A stretch of DNA of 58,403 bases from a virus (lineage: Duplodnaviria; Caudoviricetes), in IMG/VR virus record IMGVR_UViG_3300048598_000026, positions 1 through 58,403 of that record. One strand, 5' to 3'. This document shows, in pieces, positions 21,194 to 28,010 of this stretch. A model generated the notes under the pieces. That model saw only the letters and a program-made list of their open reading frames with translations. It did no database searches and was not told the DNA's origin. The position numbers were made by a program, and so were the translations under genes. Position 1 is the first letter of the stretch; each line of letters starts with the position of its first letter.

Positions 21194-21236
21194 TTTATTT
21201 TCTCCTTTCAAATATAGAAAAGTCTATATGTTCTTC

Positions 21237-21261
21237 CATTAAAGACCGTGTTTTTTTTGCG
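21237..21261 (-). promoter_or_regulatory. 25-bp motif, copy 4
   Basis: CGCAAAAAAAACACGGTCTTTAATG. Confidence 0.65.
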
Positions 21262-21271
21262 CACCTAAATA

Positions 21272-22039
21272 CTACCTGCTGTACTCATATCTAGGAGCAA
21301 CTTGATAATCAATGACGAGACATGGGGTTCCTTCGTCCGCTAACTGCGAGCTGAATCTCAAATCAATATAACCGTGGTCAATGTTCCATCCGAGATCATA
21401 GCCGATACTGGTAGGATTAAGTCCGATTTCGTAATAGAACTCATTAAGTGAAATGTATATTTCATCTCTCATTTTTCGATTGAGTTCGTTCTCGGCTTTC
21501 TTCAACTTATCGATATCCGATTTGAAGTATCGACCCGAAATCACATCATAACAGAGCGTATTACCCTTTTCAGTGATGATGATTTCTCGGCTACTAACCG
21601 GGTCCCGGTCAATCCTACCTTTCGCGATTGCGTCTCTTACGGATTGTTCCTTTTTTTCGCCGATAGCTTCAATCACTTTTTCTTGGTAATCTTTTAAAGC
21701 GGATTCAGATAACGTATAAGCCGTAGCCAACGCTGCATTACGACGGGCATTTACGGAGCTCGCTCCAATTAGACACGCTACAGATAAAGCGCCTGTGACC
21801 GCTGCTGGAACGTAACAAATCCACGCGGTTTTAATGGTTTCTACAGATGTAAGCTCATCCACACCTTCCTCGTTTTTCTTTTCCTCTATGAGAATAAGAG
21901 CTTTGGGCGTCGCTCTAACCGCTAGCATAGTGGTTGTGATCATCCCAGCAATTCCAATTCCGGTAAGAATCTCAGGACTATGTTTTTTCATTGCCGTCCG
22001 AACACTTTTAGCAATGTTAGATAGATTAAATTTACCCAC
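21272..22039 (-). CDS. DUF6353-like membrane protein, paralog 2
   Basis: KKHSPEILTGIGIAG...SLNEFYYEIG...LGW. Confidence 0.7.
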   Translation of the reverse strand: MGKFNLSNIAKSVRTAMKKHSPEILTGIGIAGMITTTMLAVRATPKALILIEEKKNEEGVDELTSVETIKTAWICYVPAAVTGALSVACLIGASSVNARRNAALATAYTLSESALKDYQEKVIEAIGEKKEQSVRDAIAKGRIDRDPVSSREIIITEKGNTLCYDVISGRYFKSDIDKLKKAENELNRKMRDEIYISLNEFYYEIGLNPTSIGYDLGWNIDHGYIDLRFSSQLADEGTPCLVIDYQVAPRYEYSR

Positions 22040-22094
22040 GTTTTTTCTCCTTTCGTTTTCTAAGTTTGTGGAGCCGCCAACAAGGGGTGGAGAT

Positions 22095-22626
22095 TTACAT
22101 CAACAGAAAAGCCGGACGAACCCCACGAGAAGTCGAAGCGTTGCCGGAGCCCGCACGGCCAGAGTAGAACACATAAGCGAAATGAGCTGCAGAAACTTCT
22201 TTTTTCATTGTATTTTGTATCCAATACCACTCATAGTCGTTATTGTAATCAGCAATGCGATTTTTTCTCTTTTTCATAATAATCTGGTTCCATTACACAA
22301 TCATACCAATCATCATGGCCTAATATCTGACCATACGTAGGAATACTAAGGTCACTAATCCTGTTTTTCATATCTTCGGGGAACGCATCCAATAGCACAG
22401 TGTTAATCCACTTGTAGAGATCCGATTTCTCATAACCACCTTTATTATTGTATTTGTTGTTCATGGGCTTATCCGCGACACACTCATCGAACAAAAACAG
22501 TGTTCCCTTATCGGTGATTTTCTGGGCTGTAGCGGTGAACTCACCAAAGCCAGTCAAATGAATGATGATCTGGTCGCCCACTCGAACATTGTTTGTTTCT
22601 AATTCCCGTTTTCTTAATACCTTCAT
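22095..22626 (-). pseudogene. Second DGR target (C-type-lectin-like fold), split by a frameshift into 22249-22626 and 22095-22277
   Basis: N-part KPMNN..NKGGYEKSDLYKWIN...LSIPTYGQILG; C-part WYWIQN...GVRPAF carries VR2; the two overlap in different frames. Confidence 0.75.
22112..22193 (-). repeat. DGR variable repeat VR2 (remote)
   Basis: 82-nt ungapped match to TR 31319-31400; 16 mismatches, all at TR adenines. Confidence 0.95.
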
Positions 22627-22961
22627 GATTTGTCTCCTTTCAAAAATAAATAAAGAATGTCTTCGGCAGCATTCTTTGCAATTGAAAATATAGGATTTGG
22701 TTTCTCATCGTCTCTAAAACACGAATAGTTTTCCATATCATTTATAAATTCTAAGATGATATCGATTGGTGATTTTGGTTCCCGTCCTGTAATATGAAGG
22801 GGTAGTCGTAATATCTCTTCATAAATACGTCCTTGAATTTCGTAGGCTGCCCATCTCGAATAACTTCGTTCTCGAATATAATACTTCGGCCAATTAGATC
22901 TGGGTTCAAAAAGGTGTTCGTCTATGTATTCTTGGATTACTGATATTGCCGATTCATTCAT
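22623..22961 (-). CDS. Hypothetical protein
   Basis: 112-aa ORF overlapping the next start (ATGA). Confidence 0.65.
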   Translation of the reverse strand: MNESAISVIQEYIDEHLFEPRSNWPKYYIRERSYSRWAAYEIQGRIYEEILRLPLHITGREPKSPIDIILEFINDMENYSCFRDDEKPNPIFSIAKNAAEDILYLFLKGDKS

Positions 22962-22985
22962 ACCATCCTCTCCCAGAAAGAAAAA

Positions 22986-23003
22986 GAGCCCTTGTTAGGA
23001 CTC
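22986..23003 (-). terminator. Intrinsic terminator, TAACAA-loop family
   Basis: GAGTCCTAACAAGGGCTC plus T-run; upstream gene's TAA stop is in the loop. Confidence 0.65.
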
Positions 23004-23153
23004 CTCTTCGTTTCTTTTGGCAAGCGCCTCATTTACTTTTTCTTCAATTTTTTCATCTATCTTCTTGTCATTAACCCAATCGGTTATGAGTGTTGCACCC
23101 ATTCCGATTACAGTTGCTGCAATACCAAGGATTTTAATCAATTTACCGTTCAT
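22995..23153 (-). CDS. Small membrane protein
   Basis: MNGKLIKILGIAATVIGMGATL...EEES*. Confidence 0.65.
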   Translation of the reverse strand: MNGKLIKILGIAATVIGMGATLITDWVNDKKIDEKIEEKVNEALAKRNEEES

Positions 23154-23171
23154 AAGACAATTACCCCCTTT

Positions 23172-23196
23172 CATAATAGTGGTTGTAAATTTTGCG
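23172..23196 (-). promoter_or_regulatory. 25-bp motif, copy 5
   Basis: CGCAAAATTTACAACCACTATTATG. Confidence 0.7.
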
Positions 23197-23199
23197 AGA

Positions 23200-24024
23200 T
23201 TAAACATCTTCCATATATTCAGCGGTTGGTTCGAAGACCATGTCAATTATAAATATTTCCATTCCATCATCGAGAACGACTTTGTGATGATTGAAGTCAA
23301 TCCAGTATATATCGCCATTACAAGATGACCAGCCCACAGCTTCGCCAATATCAATTTTTTCAAGACCAAGAAACTCATAGAAGTCATTCAGAGGAATTAC
23401 TCCTTTGAACATAAAATTCCTGTTAAAATGGTATTCTGCTTGAATGACTTTGCTTATAGTGGATTCAAAATGTCTTTGTGAAAAACTGTCATAAAATGTA
23501 CGAGTTATTTCTGGCTCCATTCCATCATCAAAATCAAGCGTGGAACAGCAAATAAAAGAATCAGCAGTAATATGAACATCTTTGCATTTCTCTTTAACTA
23601 TAGAGTCAACTATTGCGTTATGAACTTCCTCTCCATAAAGCTCTTTTAATTTTGCTTTGTACTCTTGGTAAGAACTACTTAACAATGCATAAGCACTTGT
23701 TAACGCGGCTTGTCTTCTCTGATTTAAAGCATTTGCGCCAAAGATACAAATAATTGTGGAGGCGCCAATGGTTATCGACGGAATATAACATTTCCATGCC
23801 GATATAATTGCTTCTGTTTTGGTGTACCCATATGGGTCTCCATCGTGTTTTTTTCGGCTATCGGCCTTAATTAGTTCAAGAGCCTTAGGCGTTGATCTAA
23901 CTGCCGAAATCGCGGTAGCCACGACACCAATGGAAGCTATGCAAGTCAATAGAATAGGAGAATGTCTTTTCAAATATAACTTTGACCTGTATAGAGCTTT
24001 TTGGATTGCCGGCTTTGTATTCAT
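23200..24024 (-). CDS. DUF6353-like membrane protein, paralog 3
   Basis: KRHSPILLTCIASIG...LNDFYEFLG...VGW...WIDF. Confidence 0.7.
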   Translation of the reverse strand: MNTKPAIQKALYRSKLYLKRHSPILLTCIASIGVVATAISAVRSTPKALELIKADSRKKHDGDPYGYTKTEAIISAWKCYIPSITIGASTIICIFGANALNQRRQAALTSAYALLSSSYQEYKAKLKELYGEEVHNAIVDSIVKEKCKDVHITADSFICCSTLDFDDGMEPEITRTFYDSFSQRHFESTISKVIQAEYHFNRNFMFKGVIPLNDFYEFLGLEKIDIGEAVGWSSCNGDIYWIDFNHHKVVLDDGMEIFIIDMVFEPTAEYMEDV

Positions 24025-24075
24025 GTTTTCTCCTTTCAAAATATAAGAGCCTTTGTCTGGGCTCTAAAAATTAAA

Positions 24076-24170
24076 GAAAGAGCACACGAGCGTCATAAAT
24101 GACGGTTAATCTCCTTCCGTTTCCGGGACGATATTGAAATCGTCTTAACAGTTTACCTCTGTACTCTTTC
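24076..24170 (-). ncRNA. Putative multibranched structured RNA
   Basis: Starts right after motif copy 6; 10-bp closing stem enclosing several helices; no ORF; followed by a U-rich tract. Confidence 0.6.
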
Positions 24171-24195
24171 CATAATAGACTCTGTATTTTTCGCG
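24171..24195 (-). promoter_or_regulatory. 25-bp motif, copy 6
   Basis: CGCGAAAAATACAGAGTCTATTATG. Confidence 0.7.
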
Positions 24196-24215
24196 TAAAA
24201 AAAGAGAAGAGGAGG

Positions 24216-24401
24216 CTAAACCCCCGTCTTCACGTCTTTCTCAATTCGAAGCGTCATATGCTCACATTTGATGTTTATCTTGATTTTGCGTTCCTGGTTT
24301 TCTATAACCATTGGAATTTCGATATCTGTATCTACATTCCTAGCTTCGTATAAAATACCCTTCTTCAAAATAGCTGATATAACCATATCGGTGATTTTCA
24401 T
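24216..24401 (-). CDS. Small hypothetical protein
   Basis: AGGAGG RBS, MKITDMVIS... Confidence 0.6.
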   Translation of the reverse strand: MKITDMVISAILKKGILYEARNVDTDIEIPMVIENQERKIKINIKCEHMTLRIEKDVKTGV

Positions 24402-24424
24402 AACATTACCTCCTAAATTGTTTT

Positions 24425-24449
24425 CATAATAGGGGGTGTTATTTTCGCG
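24425..24449 (-). promoter_or_regulatory. 25-bp motif, copy 7
   Basis: CGCGAAAATAACACCCCCTATTATG. Confidence 0.7.
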
Positions 24450-24450
24450 C

Positions 24451-24810
24451 TTAAATATTAGCTCTATCAAATACCGTCTCCCAGCGTGCTTTTGGAATCG
24501 GCTTCATTTTTAGCGCCCACATGATTTGTCTGACAGTAACAGTGGGGTATAAACCGTCCGTACACTCTCCAGAACGTTTATCAAAATATTCTTTAAATCC
24601 TGGACGCAAATATAGATCGTCAGTCAACCAAGGATCTAATTCGCTCCACCACGTACTCTTAGTTTCCTCGTCAAAACGCTGCTGTATCACTGATAAACCC
24701 TTATCGCCTATTTGAAACAGAGTACAACTGTTATAAACTGGATGTTCGCAAATATGAAGTTTTCCGTACATCGATAAATAAATTGTAGGTTTCTCATGGT
24801 GATACCGCAT
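24451..24810 (-). CDS. Hypothetical protein
   Basis: 119-aa ORF, GGGGG RBS. Confidence 0.65.
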   Translation of the reverse strand: MRYHHEKPTIYLSMYGKLHICEHPVYNSCTLFQIGDKGLSVIQQRFDEETKSTWWSELDPWLTDDLYLRPGFKEYFDKRSGECTDGLYPTVTVRQIMWALKMKPIPKARWETVFDRANI

Positions 24811-24831
24811 AAAATCCCCCAAAAGAAAAAA

Positions 24832-24849
24832 GAGTCCTTGTTAGGACTC
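24832..24849 (-). terminator. Intrinsic terminator, TAACAA-loop family
   Basis: GAGTCCTAACAAGGACTC plus T-run; stop codon in loop. Confidence 0.75.
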
Positions 24850-25113
24850 AATCTCTTTTTCTTTAATATCTCTTAATTTGATATGTTTGGTTGTAAGATT
24901 AGCATTTTTGACTTTAAGTTTCCAAATGTCAACACAAGCCGCCTTAGATAAGCCTTTTAATGTTTCAAACGCTGCTTCTGCTTGAAGAACCGTTGCTTCA
25001 CAACAATTAGCCCTTCTAAAAAGATTTAACGCTTCTTTCATTCGCTTGTCTAATTCGGTAATCATAGCGTTGAATACTTTCAACTCGTCATAATAACTCG
25101 ACTTATATACCAT
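24841..25113 (-). CDS. Hypothetical protein
   Basis: GGAGG RBS; ends ...EIES* inside the terminator. Confidence 0.6.
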   Translation of the reverse strand: MVYKSSYYDELKVFNAMITELDKRMKEALNLFRRANCCEATVLQAEAAFETLKGLSKAACVDIWKLKVKNANLTTKHIKLRDIKEKEIES

Positions 25114-25140
25114 AACCCATACCTCCCAAAATATAGTTTT

Positions 25141-25165
25141 CATAATAGGAGATGTTATTTTAGCG
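25141..25165 (-). promoter_or_regulatory. 25-bp motif, copy 8
   Basis: CGCTAAAATAACATCTCCTATTATG. Confidence 0.7.
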
Positions 25166-25177
25166 TAAAAGAAAAAA

Positions 25178-25195
25178 GAGTCCTTGTTAGGACTC
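25178..25195 (-). terminator. Intrinsic terminator, TAACAA-loop family
   Basis: GAGTCCTAACAAGGACTC plus T-run, immediately upstream of motif copy 8. Confidence 0.75.
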
Positions 25196-25209
25196 CTTCC
25201 TTGATTTTA

Positions 25210-25488
25210 TTAGTCTACGTATTCTACTGGATAACCAGCGAGGTCTCTTAAATATGCATCCTGACTTTCAGCCCATCCGCATTCTAAGCAATAGTAGCAA
25301 AAACCCTTAGCGTCCGGGACCATCGAAACCTTACCACATTTAGGGCATGGTCCTCTTCCTAACGTCTCTTTCAGCCTTGCAATGACCTCTTCTGGGTCTT
25401 CGTTTTCGTCCAACTCTGAGTAGTCAATCCCACTATCGTCGCCGTTATCGTAAATAAAATCGTGTTCATCTTTTTTCTTTTTGCTCAT
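25210..25488 (-). CDS. Small acidic Zn-ribbon protein
   Basis: CPKC...CLECGW. Confidence 0.65.
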   Translation of the reverse strand: MSKKKKDEHDFIYDNGDDSGIDYSELDENEDPEEVIARLKETLGRGPCPKCGKVSMVPDAKGFCYYCLECGWAESQDAYLRDLAGYPVEYVD

Positions 25489-25591
25489 AAAAACATTACC
25501 TCCTCATTAATTAGAAAGCAATTATACCCAATTATATATCACTTTCCGTATTAAGTCGAGAGATACAAAGAGCTCTTTAACATCTCCTTTC

Positions 25592-25616
25592 CATAAAGGG
25601 CCTTGTAAAATTCACG
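25592..25616 (-). promoter_or_regulatory. 25-bp motif, copy 9
   Basis: CGTGAATTTTACAAGGCCCTTTATG. Confidence 0.65.
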
Positions 25617-25675
25617 TGGAAAAACGAAGAGAACGTGCAAATTACACGACTCTTCGTTCTTTTGAACTATTAAGC

Positions 25676-26068
25676 CTATTTCTTTGTTGGTTTAAAACGG
25701 TTAAATAATCCTCTGAATGTCGTCGAGGTGTAAGTTCCGGTTTCTTCAAATCTAAATCCTCTCTTCATCCAGGCAGCATAGAATATCAGCGGCAATATAA
25801 TACTCGCTGCTTCCACTCCCAGTTTGAAGTATCGATCTTTGACTTGTTCTTCCAACTGGTCCTTCTTGAGTTGTTTATCGCTTTCGCGAGCATCATACTT
25901 CTCACCGAAGTCCCATTCATTTCTAGTCTCCTCGATCCTCAATCTGTAAAGCTTGGCTAAATCTTCAATTGCTGTCGATTTCTCTTTGCTTCCCGGTTCC
26001 AAGGTAGATAAGTCTCGAATCTCCGCCTTAATCTCCTCTTCTAACAAATTTCTGATTTCTTCGTCCAT
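25676..26068 (-). CDS. Hypothetical membrane protein
   Basis: Coiled-coil plus C-terminal TM; AAGGAG RBS. Confidence 0.7.
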   Translation of the reverse strand: MDEEIRNLLEEEIKAEIRDLSTLEPGSKEKSTAIEDLAKLYRLRIEETRNEWDFGEKYDARESDKQLKKDQLEEQVKDRYFKLGVEAASIILPLIFYAAWMKRGFRFEETGTYTSTTFRGLFNRFKPTKK

Positions 26069-26104
26069 TCTAGTTCTCCTTTCAATAAACGATTTAATTA
26101 GTTC

Positions 26105-26129
26105 CATAAGAGAGGGTGTTATTTATGCG
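26105..26129 (-). promoter_or_regulatory. 25-bp motif, copy 10
   Basis: CGCATAAATAACACCCTCTCTTATG. Confidence 0.65.
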
Positions 26130-26340
26130 GAATGAAACTTTTAAGGTTGACATTCATGGTTATGTACTTCTTTCGATAAACCTCACCGATATCTTTTGAC
26201 AACTCCAAAAACAAATATGGACTGTCGTCCGGATCGGAGGTGTCTACTCGAAGGGTGCCAACAGATTTGATGCGAGCCACAATGACCGAACAAACACTCC
26301 CGACCAACACTCCGATTCCAAATATAATAAATAGTTCCAT
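26119..26340 (-). CDS. Small membrane protein
   Basis: N-terminal TM, GTLRVDTSDPDDSPYLFLEL. Confidence 0.7.
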   Translation of the reverse strand: MELFIIFGIGVLVGSVCSVIVARIKSVGTLRVDTSDPDDSPYLFLELSKDIGEVYRKKYITMNVNLKSFIPHK

Positions 26341-26402
26341 AACGAACCCTCCTTTAAAAGCTTTTTAGAATTTCTAACCCTGGGATTTTTTCATATATCA
26401 AA

Positions 26403-26433
26403 ATAACATATTTTATGGTCACCTTCGTACGGA
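26403..26433 (-). promoter_or_regulatory. 31-bp second-class motif, copy A
   Basis: 26/31 identical to 32400-32430. Confidence 0.55.
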
Positions 26434-26460
26434 AAATCTAAGCTAGGATAAAAAAAAAGA

Positions 26461-26509
26461 AAGAACCCTTGTTAGGGGTTCTTTCATAATAGGAATTGTA
26501 AAATTTTCG
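26461..26509 (-). promoter_or_regulatory. 25-bp motif copy 11 (26485-26509) abutting a TAACAA-loop terminator (26461-26483): empty cassette
   Basis: CGAAAATTTTACAATTCCTATTATG then AAGAACCC-CTAACAA-GGGTTCTT plus T-run. Confidence 0.65.
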
Positions 26510-26516
26510 AAGGCAT

Positions 26517-26726
26517 TTAATCAGACTTTATATCGTCCTCATAAACGGTTTTCTTGTTAAGAGATGACCAATTAATAAATCGATCTTTACGGCAAACAGG
26601 ACAAAAGAATTTATTAACCTTACCACCAATATCTACAAGTTCTTGATATTCGGCTTCTAGCCGGCTTCCACAATTCGGACAATTAAATCGATACAGTTTT
26701 CGAACAGCTTTACCTAATATCTTCAT
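26517..26726 (-). CDS. Zn-ribbon protein
   Basis: CPNC...CPVC. Confidence 0.65.
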   Translation of the reverse strand: MKILGKAVRKLYRFNCPNCGSRLEAEYQELVDIGGKVNKFFCPVCRKDRFINWSSLNKKTVYEDDIKSD

Positions 26727-26727
26727 C

Positions 26728-27147
26728 TCACTTTCTCTCCTTATTCAGAATCCAGAAGAACCGTCTATACAATTCGTAATAGACATCCTTACCACAGGGA
26801 ATATCTAATCTAGCTTTCAAATGATCATAAGAAATGCCTTCTGTGACCGCCTTTAAAATATATCTCGATAAGTCCGCATCAGTTTCCATAGCGGTCTGTT
26901 CGATCATGCACATCCTTTCAAAATAAAACGATCTTGCTTCTATACATCTAGCAGTCGGATCACCATGAACGTTCGTCTTAGAAAACATGGCCAAATCGGC
27001 AGGTCGCTTACTCAGACCGTCTAATGCTGCATATGCTTTTTTCCATATCGGATATTGAAGACAGAAATGCTTTAACTCATAATAGCGATGTTTTTCAATC
27101 CAGTATTTGTTTTTCTCGGATAACTCCGGACGGATTATTGTTCCCAT
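26728..27147 (-). CDS. RinA/ArpU-like transcriptional regulator
   Basis: DPTARC...YYELYRRFFW C-terminal HTH-like pattern. Confidence 0.5.
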   Translation of the reverse strand: MGTIIRPELSEKNKYWIEKHRYYELKHFCLQYPIWKKAYAALDGLSKRPADLAMFSKTNVHGDPTARCIEARSFYFERMCMIEQTAMETDADLSRYILKAVTEGISYDHLKARLDIPCGKDVYYELYRRFFWILNKERK

Positions 27148-27396
27148 TTAACGTTTTTCTCCTTTCCATAAATATCCGGTTTCTTCCCATAGAAGTTTTG
27201 GTGAAATATAAAAATTGATTCGTCCGTACTTTGAGTTGACATCTTCAATTCTCGTTACGAGCTTCCCGTTCCTAGTGGCCTTTCCGATCGGTAGCCAGCC
27301 GGATATAATTCCAGCTCTGACCCACGATGCGTCTTTTCCGTATACTCTGGCAACCACTGAGACCGGCACGGAACCATTTTCAAAAATATCATCCAT
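27148..27396 (-). CDS. Small HTH protein, excisionase candidate
   Basis: VPVSVVARVYGKDASWVRAGI; near the integrase. Confidence 0.5.
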   Translation of the reverse strand: MDDIFENGSVPVSVVARVYGKDASWVRAGIISGWLPIGKATRNGKLVTRIEDVNSKYGRINFYISPKLLWEETGYLWKGEKR

Positions 27397-27507
27397 TTGC
27401 TTCTACCTCCCTTCAAAAACTATTCTAGGTTAAAAACGGCTATTAGTAAAAACAACCAAAGTGGACAAAAATAAAGAGCCTTTGTTATGGCTCTTCTTTG
27501 TTTAATT

Positions 27508-27840
27508 CTAAAGACGTTTATGATCCCACAATAGGAGTTGTGATTTTTGCGACTTCCATCGAATCATGGTCATTTCACAAGGGTAGTCCTCGAAACCGAT
27601 TGTGTCAGGAATTATGAGCTCTTCTAATACACCCCTTATTATTTCAGCCTCGTATTGTTTATAGGGGTAAATATCATCTGGAAGCTCCCTGTGAATCTCT
27701 CCGCATTCTACGCATCTCAACCTGCGTATTTCTATGTATTTTGATATTCGGCCCTTAGTCCGTACAATTCTTTTAACTTTATCGTAATATTTTAAATATC
27801 CTCCGCAATCCGGGCAAGTTGACTCGTTATTATTAATCAT
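27508..27840 (-). CDS. DUF6431-like Zn-ribbon protein
   Basis: CPDC...RRLRCVECG..HRELPD..PYKQY; divergent from the integrase. Confidence 0.6.
   Translation of the reverse strand: MINNNESTCPDCGGYLKYYDKVKRIVRTKGRISKYIEIRRLRCVECGEIHRELPDDIYPYKQYEAEIIRGVLEELIIPDTIGFEDYPCEMTMIRWKSQKSQLLLWDHKRL
27527..27551 (-). promoter_or_regulatory. 25-bp motif, copy 12
   Basis: CGCAAAAATCACAACTCCTATTGTG; terminator hairpin at 27474-27495 follows about 30 nt later. Confidence 0.6.
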
Positions 27841-27920
27841 AATAGCTGCCATCCTGTAGTACAAAAAACATATATGCCTCATTCTAACCTATGTTAAAAA
27901 ATATAACCAGAAAAAAAGTT

Positions 27921-27961
27921 TAGTGTAGGAGTTGACAATTCCTACACTATTCATATATGAT
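27921..27961 (+). promoter_or_regulatory. Integrase promoter with operator-like inverted repeat
   Basis: TAGTGTAGGA-N9-TCCTACACTA enclosing TTGACA (27932); TATGAT at 27956. Confidence 0.7.
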
Positions 27962-28010
27962 TACATAATTCAACTAGAAATTCTTAATCAAGTTGGAAAG
28001 GAGGAACATC

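Noticed and set aside
24076-24170. tRNA, hammerhead or c-di-GMP-I riboswitch
   Set aside because: No T-loop or CCA, no CUGANGA core, and only a GGUAAAC fragment resembles the riboswitch
22986-26509. Integron attC or CRISPR interpretation of the repeated hairpins
   Set aside because: TAAC overlaps stop codons as in attC, but there is no matching RYYYAAC/GTTRRRY pair; spacing is irregular and gene-sized; T-runs fit terminators; no cas genes
27508-27840. DUF6431-like ORF as an IS transposase
   Set aside because: Too short, no DDE domain, no terminal repeats or target duplication
26371-27895. Degenerate TTCTAACCTAGAAT-like sites (~26371, 26437, 27422, 27881) as repressor operators
   Set aside because: Too degenerate in AT-rich DNA to support by eye; needs a motif search
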